The notes beneath the pieces were generated by a model, which searched no databases, had not been told where the DNA came from, and worked only from the letters and a program-made list of their open reading frames with translations. Shown here one piece after another: positions 23,269 through 37,205 of a DNA stretch of 64,000 nt. A program made the translations under genes and the position numbers. The stretch is from assembly GCA_043228905.1 (NCBI GenBank), contig JBHGNT010000013.1, positions 17,484,001 to 17,548,000 of the forward strand, read 5' to 3'. The first letter of the stretch is position 1; each line of letters begins with the position of its first letter. This DNA is from Azolla caroliniana (Eukaryota > Plantae > Polypodiophyta).

Positions 23269-26200
23269 GTAAGTAGATTCAAGATCACAGTGGATTGATG
23301 GCAGCATAGACAGAAAAACAAGAATGCAACTAGTGAGTTCGAGAGAGAGAAACAATTAAGCACAACTCAAAATATATTGCAATAGCCACCCGGAACAACA
23401 ACCCCATAACTAGGTTACAAAGTCAGTTTATATACTGACTGAATTAGGGTAACTGCCCTTCTCACTATTTACATAAGTAACGTAAGCCTAGTGTGTACAA
23501 CAACCCCATAACTAGGTTCAAGATCACAGTGGATTGATGGCAGGATAGACAGAAAAACAGGAATGCAACTAGTGCGTTCGAGACAGAGAAATAGTTAAGC
23601 ACAACTCAGAATATATTGCAATAGCCACCCAAAACAACAACCCCATAACTAGGTTACAAAGTCAGTTTATATACTGACTGACTTAGGGCAACTGCACTTC
23701 TCACTATTTACATAAGTAGCGTAAGCATACTGTGTACAAAGGAGACTGTGTGAATACATCCATTAAAAGCCCGTATTCAACACTCCCTCGTAATGGGCAT
23801 ATACATCTGAAATCTATAAACCGAAATGAATGTACAATACAGATTGATATAAGATTTCCGAACAATCGAGAATTCGTTCGAATCGGTGAACTCCGAAGAG
23901 CAGACGGCCGGATTGGCTGAGTTCAAAGAGACTAAAGCCGAAGTTCAAACTATCCAGGTCTATTGTCCAAGAAACATCCTGGGTGTCCGATTTATTAGAA
24001 CTAATTCTTCATTATGCCCATTCGATGCCGAAGGCATCGAGATCGATCTGCCGAGAGACACTTGGCCATTGCGTCCGCAACGTTATCGGCTGTAGGTACC
24101 TTCTCAAGACCAATTTTCCTTGAAATGACACAGTCCCGAATGAAATTATATCGAACATCGATATGCTTTGAGGCGTTGTGATGAAGCGGATTGTTTGACA
24201 GAGCAACAACACCCTGACTTTCACTGTAAACAATTGGAACCAAGCTGATTTCGGCTTGTCAAAACGTCTAGGCCAGTCGACCAAGCCATAAGGCCTCTTT
24301 TGCTGCATCGAACACGGGTACATATTCAGCCTTGGTCCTAGATGTGGCAATGCACTCCTAAAGTTTCGATTTCCATGAGATTGCTCTATTGCCAAGTTTA
24401 AAACAATATTCGATTGTTGATTTACGGCTTTCTACACAACCTGCAAAGTCCGAGTCGGTGTATCCGACTACGCCTGAGATGTCGTTTGGGCCAAATAGAA
24501 TACCAAGGTCTTTTGTGCCCACCAGATATCTGCACACATGCTTGACTACGTTCCAATGCGATCGGCCAAGATTGTGCATAAATCTTCTGACGACTCCAAA
24601 GGTGTAAGCGATGTCAGGCCGTTTCGCGACCATCGTGTACATCAGGGGGCCTATTGTCCGTGCATACGGTATCGACTTCATAATCTCCCCCTCCGGACCA
24701 GATGTCGGGCAATCTCGTTGAGACAGTCGAGTACTAATGGGGAGCGGGGTTGAAGCAGATTTTGTTGATTGCATGTTGAAGTGTTCCAAGACACGTCCAA
24801 TGTAGTCGAATTGAGACAGAAACAATTGGCTTCGATTTCGATTCCAACTTATTTTCATGCCAAGAATGTGTCGAGCCAGACCAACATCCTTCATGGCAAA
24901 CTTCAACCGCAATTGTTGAACAAGTTCGGCGAGTTCTCTGGCATGGTGATCTGAGATGAGCATGTCATCCATGTAGATGATGACGAAGATGGGTGATCCA
25001 TCCCGAGCTATTTTCGTGAAGAGACAGTGGTCCTCATCGCTTTTTGAGAAGCCGATCGATTAGATGAAGTCATCGAACTTCTTGTACCATTGTTGCGACG
25101 CCTGTTTCAGGCCGTAAAGACTCTTCCTGAGTCGGCAGACTAGATGTTCTTGGCCGGATACCATGAAGCCTTTCAGCTACTCCATATAAATTTCCTCCTC
25201 AAGATCACCATGGAGGAAAGTTGTTTTGACATCTAGCTGAATCAGCTCCAAATTCTCGGCGGCCACTACGCCGAGCATAAAGCAAAGGGTAGTCATTTTC
25301 ACCACTGGTGAAAACATTTCGTCGAAGTCGACGTTGTATTCCTGTCGAAAACCCTTTGCTACTAATCTAGCCTTGAATTTCGGGGTAGCCGAATCGGACG
25401 TCTCCTTAACTTGATAGACCCACTTACACGGAAGAGCACGTTGATTCTTCGGTAATTCGACCAAGTCCCAAGTGTTGTTTGCACAAATGGTGTTCATTTC
25501 GGATTCCATTGCCAAATGCCAGGTGGCTGAGTCGACTGATGTCGACGCTTCTTCGTATGACGTGGTTCTCCGGCGTCCGTAAAGAAGATATCATGAGAGT
25601 ATATCTCCGGGGGTTGCGACAGTCTCTCGGACCGTCGAGGTATGACTGGACTAGTCACATCAGTTGTCATGGTCGGATGGTCCAAAGCCGAGTCATTTGG
25701 CTATGCCGTGTCTGATGTTGCCAAGTCGGAATTAGGGGGTTCCGCTACCCGTGAAGCTAACTGCGTGTTGTGAGCCGGGCCGTCGTGAAGGGTTGGCACA
25801 TCGGAGAAAATTACCCGTCGGACTTCAATCAGTTTTTCGACTGATTGATGCATAGTCGACTCTTTGAACACGACGTCCGAACTTCTGACGATCTGTCTAT
25901 GCTCAGGATCCCGAAGTTGGTATCCAATTTCGCCATTTGGTCCATAACAGAGGAAAATACATTTCTTGGACCTTAGTGCAAGTTTGCGGCGGTCATCTTT
26001 CGGGATGAGGGCGTACGCCTCGCATTGGAAAATCCTCAGCTTGTCGTAATTCAGCTTACTGTCGGTCCATAATTCCTTAGGGATCCGAAGTCCTAGAGGC
26101 CTATTCGGCAACATATTGATTATGTGTATTGTCCTAAGTAGGGCCTCTTCCTAGAATCCTAGACCTTAGTGTAAGTTTGCGGCGATCATCTTTCGGGATG

Positions 26201-29200
26201 AGGGCGTACGCCTCGCATTGGAAATTCCTCAACTTGTCGTAATTCGGCTTACTACCGGTCCATAATTCCTTAGGGATCCGAAGTCCTAGAGGCCTATTCG
26301 GCGACATATTGATTATGTGTATTGTCATAAGTAGGGCCTCTTCCCAGAAGCCATTCGACAGTCCAGAGCGTTGGAGCATGGAAACTATCCTTTCTTGAAT
26401 TTTCCGATTCATTCGCTAGACCATTCCATTCTACTCCGTACTGAGGTGTCGTAAATTCACGTCTTATGTTGCGTTGTTGGCAAAATTTGACGAATTCCTC
26501 GGATTTGAACTCTCCCCCATTATCGGTTCGAAAGCATTTCAGTTTTCAACTGGACTAGTTTTCAACCATAGCGAACCAATCAGAGAAGATTGAGAACATT
26601 CAATCTTTGGTTTTGATCGGATAAGCCCACACCTTCCGAGTTGAGTCGTCAATGAAGTTGACGAAGTATGACGCACCTCCAAGAGACTGATGTGGCATAG
26701 GACCACAGATGTCCGAGTGGACCAAATCGAGCGGACTTAATTCTCTCGGGGCGGATGACAGGTGTGTCGCAGGTGTCTATTTGCCGTATTGGCAATGCTC
26801 GCAAAACTGATGATCCGAGAAGGAGAGTTTGGGGATGTATCCAGCTCTAAATAAGTGTGTGATGCCGGCCTTGCTAAGGCGTCCGAGTCGTTCATGCCAT
26901 AGTGATGACACGGGGATGTCAACCAGAAACATGTCACCCTCTCTGAGTGTGACATGCAAAGGATACAATGAGTGTATCTTTGGTCCTCGAGCAAGCAGGA
27001 GGTTCCCCCTGTGGAGCGTCACCCCTCCTGATGAGAAACCAGCACGAATGTCATCTTCATCCAATTGTTTGACTGAGATCAGTGCTCTGGAGAGCTTAGG
27101 TACATGTCAAACATTGCGTAGTACTAATGTAGAGCCACCCGCATGGTTGAGCTCTATCGTGTCGATTCCAATTATGTCGCAGTGTTGCGAATTTCCTACT
27201 CGAAATGAGTCGGAATGTCGGGTCATGTATTGCCAGAATTGGGATCGATGAGGAGTCACATGAAAGGACGCACCCAAATCTAAGAGCCATGTGCTCGATT
27301 TTGCAATCGTAAGAAGAACTTCTGATTCGACTAGGTTCTCAATTGATAGTATGTTTGGGTTGTTTGATAATACATCGGTTGTAGACCCGACGTAGTTGAT
27401 CTCCTCGTGTCAGCCACTCTTCTGATCGGCTCGTTGAGCCTTATCATTTTTGTCCTTGAGTGCATGGCAATTGGCTTTGATGTGTCTGGGTTTCTTGCAA
27501 TAGTTCCAAACTCGATTATCCCGGGACGTGCTCCGACTTCGCTAATTGTTCAGCTATCGTGAAGAACCTCTTCCACGGTTGTTCGATCGGTTTATCAAAC
27601 CTTCTATTACGTAGGCGTTGTTGGCTGAATCATTTGCAAATGATTTTCTCCGAGCTGCTTCAATCATAATTGCACTCGTGACTGAGGAGTATTTGATGGC
27701 ATCTATCGACGCATTGCACACGGTTGTAACGAAAGTTTCCCAAGAAGGAGGGAGACTACTCATAAGCAGCATTGCTTTTAGTTCATCCTCGATAGTTGTC
27801 CCCTGGGCCACAATTTGGGAGCTTAAGCTTTTGTACTCGTTCAGGTGCGCCTGGATCGAGTCGGAATCTTTCATCTGAAGGTTATAAAAGCGCCGAATCA
27901 AGTATATCTTGGTGGTGGCGACCTTCTTTGCGTAAGTGTCTGAAAGTGTCTTCCACAGTTGGAAGGCAATCGATCACAATTGCACTGTGAAGTACATGGA
28001 CTTCGATTGGTGCATTTGAATGGTGGCTCGGACGATTCTGTCGAGCTTTTCCCATTCAAGCGGCTTGTATCCTTGTGGAGGGTCTTCGTTCTCAATAGGG
28101 TCAATTTGCCCCTTGACTATTAAATGGTCTTGCATCTGCTCCTTCCAGAAAAAGGCCATTGGGGAGGGACCGTTGCATCCTAGTCACATCACCTTTATTC
28201 TCTATCCCTTCGGACCGAGATCCTCTTTGATTTACTAACCTATTCATATATTTGCACCTAGGAAATTCAAATTACGGCGGCCTATTCCTAGTAATGCACA
28301 AAGTGTTGGTTTGTGTGCTCACGCGTAAGCACCGATTCACATGCCTAATTCCCTGATTCCACCTAAGGCCTGTTTTCTCCATGACATCTGTGCATCCACC
28401 AGCATGCGCCAGAGAGGGACAAATGCTAGAGAAACTCGGCTCATATTCACCCGTCGCTCTCTGAAACTTCACCCGCTCCGAACTAGTTGTCATCGTCGTC
28501 CTCGCTTCCCGGGTCCAGCTCGTCTTCATGCCGCTTCTTGAAGCCCTTGATCCTCTTCCCGGCTACCGGCCCCGTTATCCGCATCCCATCGAGCTCCGTA
28601 AGATGGTAAGTACCGTTATCATTTGTGCTCATTACGGTGTAGGGCTCGAACCACCTCCTCGCAAACTTCTGCATTGCCTTGTGCTGGTTGTCGAGGCTGG
28701 TTGTCGAGGCCGCTATCGTAAACCAGCACCTAGTCGCCTTCCTCGATCTTCTTCGGTCGTAGTCAGTGTGTCCAATCGAACCGGCCCTTGTTCTTTACCC
28801 TTGCCGCATACAGCTTTGCCTTCGCCCATTCTACGTCCTCCGGTCTTCGTTGGGCTGCCGAATCCGCACCGCTAACAGCTCTTCCCTACTCATCTCATCT
28901 CTCCAATCCACCGCGGCCCATGAGGAGATCGTCCATTCAATCGGCATGATCGGCTTCTGCCCGTACATCAGCTCCGCCGGCAAGAACCCGGTTACCGAAC
29001 TATGCGTAGTTCGGTCTGCCCATAACGTGTAAGGCAGAAGCCGCGGCCAATTCCCGACTTGTCCTCCACATGCCCGCACCAATGCTTTTACGATCAGCCC
29101 GTGCCCGCGCTCTACCTTCCCACTAGCCTCCGGGTTGTACGCCGTAGTGAGGGAGAGCTTAACCCCTAGTCGTCCAAACAGCTCTTCTACTTCCTGCGCA

Positions 29201-31225
29201 TCCAACTCTCCCCGGCCAGCCACGATCTTCCTTAAACACCCATATCGGCATACCACCTCTTCGATCAGGAACCAACACACAATTATGGTCGTCTTGTTCG
29301 GCAATGCACGGCCCTCCACCTGATTCGTCAAGTCCTCTTGCGCAAGCACCATGTACCGCATCTACCCTACCCCCATCGGCATCGTCACTAAGTCCACCAT
29401 CCACTTGAAGTGGACGGTCGGCGGGTAGGTCGGGTGCAGCTCATCTCGATGTCAGATCGCGGAGTGCATTTGGCAACTCTCGCACGTTGTTATGAACTGG
29501 TGCATGTCCCAGTATAGCCCTGACCACCAATACTTCTCCTTTAGCTTTTCAAATGTGGCCCATGTCCCACGGTGTTCGGCCCAAGGACTCTCGTGATACG
29601 CCATTAGCAACGCCTCTTGCTCTTCCTTCCCTGCCACTACATGGAGTGGAACGCCGCCTCTCTTTTTCGGGAGCTTCCATATGTCCCCGTCCCGTAGGAA
29701 GAATCGGTACGACTTCTTCCAGATCTGGTTAGCCTCTTTCTTCGTCCACGTTGCGTCTGGCGCCAGCGTCCTCAAGAACCTGCCGATCTGGAGCCACTCC
29801 CCGTCGTACTCTCCCTCGTTGAACTCGTTAAGAGCCAGAGTGCTCCCTGCTCCTCGTTGTCACATAAGCTGACTCAAAGAAGTCCACGCCGACTTCTTCG
29901 TCCTCCGAAACCATGTCGTCCTCGTTGTCATACAGTGCTCTAGAAAGCATGTGCCGTATTTCCAGATTCAACGACTTGATGTACGCGATCCACCTGAGCA
30001 TCGCCAGGTCCGCCGTCGCGCATCCAAAACCATACCAAGGATCGGTAGGCAGTCCGTCTCGATTATCACCTCCGTCCCGATCAAGTAGTCTTTATCGGCC
30101 TTAACTGCCGAAACGATACCCCAGAGTTCGCGTTTAACTTGGGCGTATCCTCGCTGCCGCTCACTCAGCACTTTCGCTCTGAACCAGATGGGGAACCTCG
30201 TTCCACTCTCATCCTCCTGGTTGACCACCCATCCTATACCGGTCGGGCTCGTGTCTACCGTAACGTAAATTGGGACGTCCTTGCCGTAAACAGCTTTCCG
30301 GAGCGCTTGTGCCGCGGTTAGTGCCTCCTTCAGTCTATGAACCGACCCTGCATGCTCCTCACCCCACTCGAATTTACGCCCCTTCTTCAATAACCCGTAG
30401 AGTGGCTCAGCGATGTGCGCGTAATGCGGAATCCAGATATGGTAGAACGCGCACCTGCCCAAGAACCCCCGCACCTCTGTAACCGACTTGCATTCTTCCT
30501 TTGCCGGAGACGGTTTCCGAACGTAAGGCCCGCACAAGTGCCCGACCACTAGGATCTCCGACTACCCAAAATCTGATTTCTCTCTGGAGAAGGTGAGTCG
30601 TGCGTTCTCAAGTCTTTGTAGCACCTTCTCGCGGTCGCCGATGTGGTCCGTTACGAATTTCCGAAATCCGTCCAGCCCAACCGATTCATCCTTCTCTTCC
30701 ATTGGGCATCCCTTGATCGGGATGTCATCCAAGAACGGCATGGTGATGTCCGGGATGCAATCCCTCAGCACCTTGTTCATCGCATTCACCACGTGTGCCA
30801 CCGAGTTGGTCCCTCCTTGCAGTAGGGTACACATCCGTACTAAGCCGAGAGGAGTCCGCATCGTTGTGATATCCCTGCTCTCCACGACTAGTTGGAACTG
30901 ATCGTACCCCGAGTACAGATCATTGATCGAATAGATCGACCTTCCAGCGAAGGCCTCCGTGAATCCGTCAATGGTCGGTCCGACACCTGCGTTCCGAATG
31001 GTCACCTTGTTGACCGGCTGCAGGTCCTGAATAAAGTGCAACGTGCCGTTCTTCTTCGGCACAGTAAACCACCGATTCGAATATGGGGCACTCGATGGCT
31101 CGAGGATGCCCATCTCCACCTTCTGCTTCAGCAACTCCATCAACTTCGGGATGTGAGCTTTGGGTACCAGAATCGGCTTGAGATTCCACAGCACATGCGG
31201 TACCGTGAAGATCACCATTGGTTCC

Positions 31226-31550
31226 TGTTGAGCGGCAAGCTCAACCGGAGCCGGATCGGCTGAATAAGTCGGGTCTGGTAAGCGAGACGGATCGGGCGAA
31301 ACGGATCGGTATGACGGCGAGCAACCAAACCGGCAAGCAGTGGAGGCCGGGTGCAATCCGTAACCGGAAGTCCAATCGGAAGCCTAGTATAGGATAGACT
31401 ACTAGGTAGCTATAGTCTCGTAGTAAGTGTCAGATGCTCGTGTGAGCATTGAAGTACATAGTACTTCTGTCAGTCCCAAGAGGACTTGTATAAATAGTGC
31501 TACTTAGCACAGTGTGTATACTGAGTCTGGAAATAATTTTGAAATTGTGT

Positions 31551-31623
<73 letters not shown>

Positions 31624-34600
31624 GTTCTCTGTTTTACGCTTCCGCAAACACTCACGTTTACATGGTATCAGAGCACGAGGGTTGAGAACCTCTACTGCAG
31701 ACATTTACTCTTGAGAAGAAAACCCTAACAGGTCGAAAACAGACACAGTAGAAGACATGGATAGAGGCATGGCTACGTCGCTCCCGGTGGAGAAGCTCGA
31801 CAGGAGCAACTACGCATCCTGGTCTTACAAGATGCACCAGTACCTGCTTGGACACGGGTACTGGAGTTATGTCGAAGGAGCGAATGATGCAGCACACAAG
31901 GACTTCCCGGTATGGGAACAAGCGGCAAGCAGGGTGATGTACTGCTTCGCGTCCAATGTCGGCGATCAGCTGCTCAGCCACATCCGTGACGCCAAGACAC
32001 CGAAGGATGCTTGGGGGAACCTGAAAAAGGTTTTCGCCGCAAGCACCACTACCCGGAAGCTGCAACTCAGACAGGAGTTGAGCAATGTTCGACAGAAGAA
32101 CATGTCTGTGGCAGACTACACGGGCCGGATAAAGGAGATCTGCGACTCGCTCGCCTCTATCAATGTTACCGTAGAGGAAGACGAGATGGTGCAGGTATGT
32201 CTCGGAGGCCTGGCGTCCAAGTTCGGAGCGTTCCGGACTGCGGTGTGTACAAGGGAGAATACCCCCTCATTCTTCGACTTACAGTCGATGCTCCTTGTAG
32301 AGGAGAACCACGCCGGTGCATCTACCAGTGCATCCCCGGACAGCCAAATGTTGTACACGGGAACGGATCAGCTCAGTGGGCGTGGTGGAAGAGGTGGGTC
32401 GGCACGCAATGGAGGCAGCCGGCAAGAGCAGGAACGGAGGCACTATGAGCGTGCCGACAGCAGTTCCGAGACTTCCATAAGCAGGGGGAGTCAAGGCAAT
32501 GCCGGAGGCCAGCAAGACAAATCCTCTACGGAATGCTGGTACTGTGGCAAAAAAGGCCACAGGGAAAGCGAGTGCTGGAGAAAGCGTGCCGATTCGGACA
32601 AATCCAGATCCGGCAAGACCGGTAAGGATGGCCGGGAAAACTCGCACTATGCAAACGGATCAGGAGGATCCGGAACCGGAAAGGCCGGTAAGGGGCCAGC
32701 CTTGGTGATAAATCACAAGGCAAACTCAATGAAGAAGATCACTTCCAAAACGGAGGAAGTGTGGTATGTTGATTCCGGCGCATCGAACCACATGACGAGC
32801 CACAAAGAGTGGTTCTCCTTTCTGGAGAAACTGGATCGACCAGGAGTAGTTGAAACCGGAGACGACACTCCTCACCCAATCGTGCACGTCGGAGAAGTCC
32901 CTCTAAGCCACGTCGGACAGAAAGGGAAGCTGATGAACGTATTACACGTTCCGACAATCACGAAGAACCTGGTGTCCATCGGTCAGATTGTCGACCAGGG
33001 GATGCAGGTGCGGTTTACGCACCTCGGGTGCTTCATTGAGGATGAGGGCGAAGTCATTGCGCAAGGGCGCAGAGACGGGAGGATGTTTATCCTCAACACC
33101 AATGACTTTGGCACCGCTCTGTTCGCGAAACAACAGAAGGTCGAGTCGGACATCGACCTGTGGCACAAGCGGATAGGCCACGTCAACTACCGGAGGCTTC
33201 AAGACCTGCAAACGAAACAAGTCGTTTTCGGTTTGCCGAAGTTCAGCGGCCGGAGAGCCGAAATTTGTGAAGCCTACCAACTTGGGAAGCAACACCGGCT
33301 TCCATTCCCCACCGAACGGAACCGGAGCCGTAACAAGCTCGATCTCATCCATTCGGATGTGTGCGGACCGGCACAAAGTGTAAGCCTTGGCGGGAGCCGA
33401 TACTTCGTCTCCTTCATCGACGACTATACTCGACATACTTGGATCTACCTCATTGAGCGGAAGAGCGAAGTCTTCGACTGTTTCCGGAGCCTCCAGAAGA
33501 TGGTGGAACGGGAATCGGAGAGGAAGATCAAATGCCTTCGGTCGGACGGCGGAAAGGAATATTTTTCCGGCCAATTCACTAGTTATCTGCAGCAGAAGGG
33601 AATTCGGCAAGAGTTCAGCTGCAGATACACACCGGAGCAAAATGGTGTGGCCGAAAGGAAGAACCGGACACTCGTCGAAGCGGCAAGGGCAATGCTGGAG
33701 GAGAAGAGCATGCCCCGGTTCTACTGGGCGGAGGCGGTCCGGACGGCCGTCTACATACAAAACTGCATTGGTGACAAGGTGTCAACTCATGAGCTGTATT
33801 TCAGGCGCAAGCCGAACTTAAGACACCTTCGGATATTCGGCAGCATAGCGTATGTGCATGTGCCGGATCAGAAGCGGAGAAAGCTGGATGCAAAATCGGA
33901 AAAATGCATCCTAGTCGGCTATGCTCAAGAGCAAAAGGGGTATAAGTGCTATAACCCCCAGACGAAGGAAGCCTGAGTTAGCCGGGATGTTGAGTTCGAT
34001 GAATCGGCATCCTGGTACTCCGTACCGACTCCGACTTCCGATCCCGACCCAATGTCGGAAGATCAGGCCAGTGAGCCTGAATCAGCCCTCGCAGAGGATG
34101 ATGAAGCCGGGACTCAAGATGAGAGTCCGGAATCGTTACGGTTGAGTGGACTGAACGAGCAATTGAGTCGGTTGGACCGGTCGGATGAAGAGACGGCAAG
34201 TGGTGGAGACTCTGCCGTGTTCTCCCCGCGCAAGGAACTGAGGAAACGGTTCACGCGCAAAGAGAAGGGGAAGAGGAAGATGCCGGAATTCGAAACCGGC
34301 AACGACGAGTTGGATCGGTGCGTATCCGACTCCGGAAAGGAGAAAGGCGGATCTTCGGCAACGAAGACCGAACTGACCAAGAAGGGCCTCAAATCAGGTG
34401 ACGGTGCGTTGCGCCGATCAACCCGCCAGAAGGATCCCATCATGCGGTACGGGTACAATGAATACATGGCGCATCATTATGCGTACATGACTAAGGTGAC
34501 AGAAGAGCGTGAGCCGGAGAGCTACGCAGAAGCGGCAAAGGACGCAAATTGGCGTGCCGCTATGGACGAAGAAATGCGGGCACTCGATGCCAACGAAACT

Positions 34601-37110
34601 TGGGACCTAGTTGATCCTCCCCGTCACTGTAAACCGATCGGATGCAAGTGGGTGTACAAGGTCAAGTACAACGCCGACAGTTCTGTTAACCGGTACAAAG
34701 CCCGGTTAGTGGCGAAGGGATACGCGCAGACCCACGGAATCGACTACGACGAGACCTTCGCTCCTGTGGCAAAGATGACGACGGTTCGTGTGGTACTGGC
34801 GGTTGCTGCGGCAAGGGGGTGGCATCTTCACCAGATGGATGTGAAGAATGCCTTCCTTCAAGGAGAGCTTGAAGAAGAAGTCTTTATGACTCAGCCCCCC
34901 GGATTTCAATCGGAGATGAACAAGTCGGCGGTATGCCGACTGAAGAAGTCGCTTTACGGCTTGAAGCAAGCCCCCCGAGCTTGGAACGCGAAGATCACGC
35001 ACCGGTTGCGTAAGCTGGGGTTTGCTGTCTCTAAGTCGGACTCTTCGTTGTTCATCTGGCAAGGCTCTGACGGTCCGGTATGTATACTCTTGTATGTGGA
35101 TGATTTAGTCATCACCAGACCGGGTCTTCCCGAAATCAACCGCGTCAAGTCCCAGTTGTCGGACGCATTCGAAATGAAGGACCTGGGGGACCTTCATTAT
35201 TTTCTTAGGATCGAAGTGATCCGGACCCCGACGGCATATTGCTCTCCCAACGACATTACGTGTTGAATATGCTGTATAAGTTCGGCATGACGCATTGCCG
35301 ACCTGTCTCCACACCCCTGGACCGGAACCAGAAGCTCTGTCCCAACTCTGGACCGGCCTACAATGAGAAACGGTTCCGACAAGTTGTCGGAAGCCTGATC
35401 TACTTAACCATCACCCGACCCGACATCAGCTATCCGGTCGGCATGGTAAGTCAGTTCATGCAGAAGCCGACCGTGGAGCACCTTCAGTGCGCACAACGAA
35501 TATTACGGTATGTCAGCGGCACTAAGGATCGGGGACTGCTATACCGGCGAGGTATACCCGAAGAGCTTGTCGGTTACACAGATGTTGATTGGGCTGGCGA
35601 TGCGTCTGATCGCCGCTCCACTTCCGGATACATGTTCTCCATAGGTAGCGCGGCCGTTGCGTGGAGCAGCAAGAAGCAACCCACAGTGGCTTTGTCAAGC
35701 ATTGAGGCTGAGTACTGGGCCGCTACCGTTGCCACTTGTGAAGCCATCTGGCTTCGGCGACTACTGCAAGACTTGCGGATCGAGGTACCGACCCCGATCC
35801 CGATTTACTGCGATAACATGAGCAGCCTGCAGCTCGCCAGGAACCCTGTGTTCCATGCTTGCAGAAAGCACATCGAGGTGCACTACCACTTCGTGCGTGA
35901 GCGGGTTCTGAGCAGTGAAGTTGACCTACGGTATGTTCATACGGATCGGCAGGTTGCCGACATCTTCACCAAGCCGCTCAGATCGGACAAGTTGCAGCAC
36001 TTTACCGACATGCTTGGTATTCAGCATCTCGACGTGCCGCATTTGAGGGGGAGAAGCAAGGGCAAAGTCTCTACCGAAACGAGCAAAGGCCAAAAAATTG
36101 TTGAACCCGTCGGTAAGAGGAGAGCCGGAAGAAGAGGAGACAAGAAGATGAAAGAAGCCGAGTCGACGAAGGAAGTCGACACATCCGAACAGGTCGGAGC
36201 AAGCGGATGTGAAGAAGAGTTGTGCACTCAAGAAGAGAAGTGCATGTTGTGCGGAGGTCATCATGACGGTACTGACCATGATGCGGAGTCGAATGAAGAA
36301 TTCGATTTCGGTTCACCGGCTGAAGAAGCCGAGGGAAGCATGGAGAAGGCCAAGACTCGGAAGTGGTCCGATATGGTGAGAGGCCTGAAGCCGGAAGTCG
36401 AATCGGAGTGTACCGATTCGGACAAGAGCTGGAACGAGTCGGAGACAGCTGACTCGGATCAACAGATGGATCCGGACAAGTCGGATCGACTAAAGGCCAA
36501 GGGGACACGGACACAGCGGAAGTCGATGCCATCGTGGGAGAAACGACGGATCGGCAAGCGCCGGAGTCACAGCAACATGAGTGCTGAGATGGGCCTATTG
36601 AGCAGACATGCCGACCGAGAGGGTCGAGGCGCGCAGAACCAAAGGGGTCGCGGCAAACAGGACCGGACCGGACGAGGAGCGCGAGCAAGGCGGAGTGACG
36701 CCAAGAGAAGTCGGTTGGAAGAACCGACTGCCACAGAGGTCGACACTATGACCCCACCTCAGGTTGAGCTTGAGGGGGAGTGTTGAGTGGCAAGCTCAAC
36801 CGGAGTCGGATCGACTGAATAAGTCGGAGCCGGTAAGCGAGACGGATCGGGCGAAACGGATCGGTATGACGGTGAGCAACCGAACCGGCAAGCAGTGGAG
36901 GCCGGGTGCAATCCGTAACCGGAAGTCCAATCGGAAGCCTAGTATAGGATAGACTATTAGGTAGCTATAGTCTCGTAGTAAGTGTTAGATGCTCGTGTGA
37001 GCATTGAAGTACATAGTACTTCTGTCAGTCCCAAGAGGACTTGTATAAATAGTGCTACTTAGCACAGTGTGTATACTGAGTCTGGAAATAATTTTGAAAT
37101 TGTGTTCTGC

Positions 37111-37166
<56 letters not shown>

Positions 37167-37205
37167 GTTCTCTGTTTTACGCTTCCGCAAACACTCACGT
37201 TTACA
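31226..37205 (+). mobile_element. Ty1/Copia element F, full length, innermost insertion of its nest
   Basis: TSD GTTCC (31221-31225, 37206-37210); LTRs 31226-31662 and 36781-37205; PBS 31663-31674; PPT 36772-36780. Confidence 0.97.
31757..36786 (+). pseudogene. Copia F gag-pol: one premature stop (TGA 33974, likely from CGA), one frameshift (~35235), long C-terminal extension
   Basis: ORFs 31757-33976 (gag, CWYCGKKGH, YVDSGAS, integrase), 34052-35266 (RT, LLYVDDL) and 35239-36786 (RNase H plus ~245 extra aa). Confidence 0.95.

Noticed and set aside
32942-33760. Long antisense ORFs over Copia F (also 36071-36688, 37052-37882)
   Set aside because: Shadow ORFs of GC-rich coding sequence with no independent motifs.
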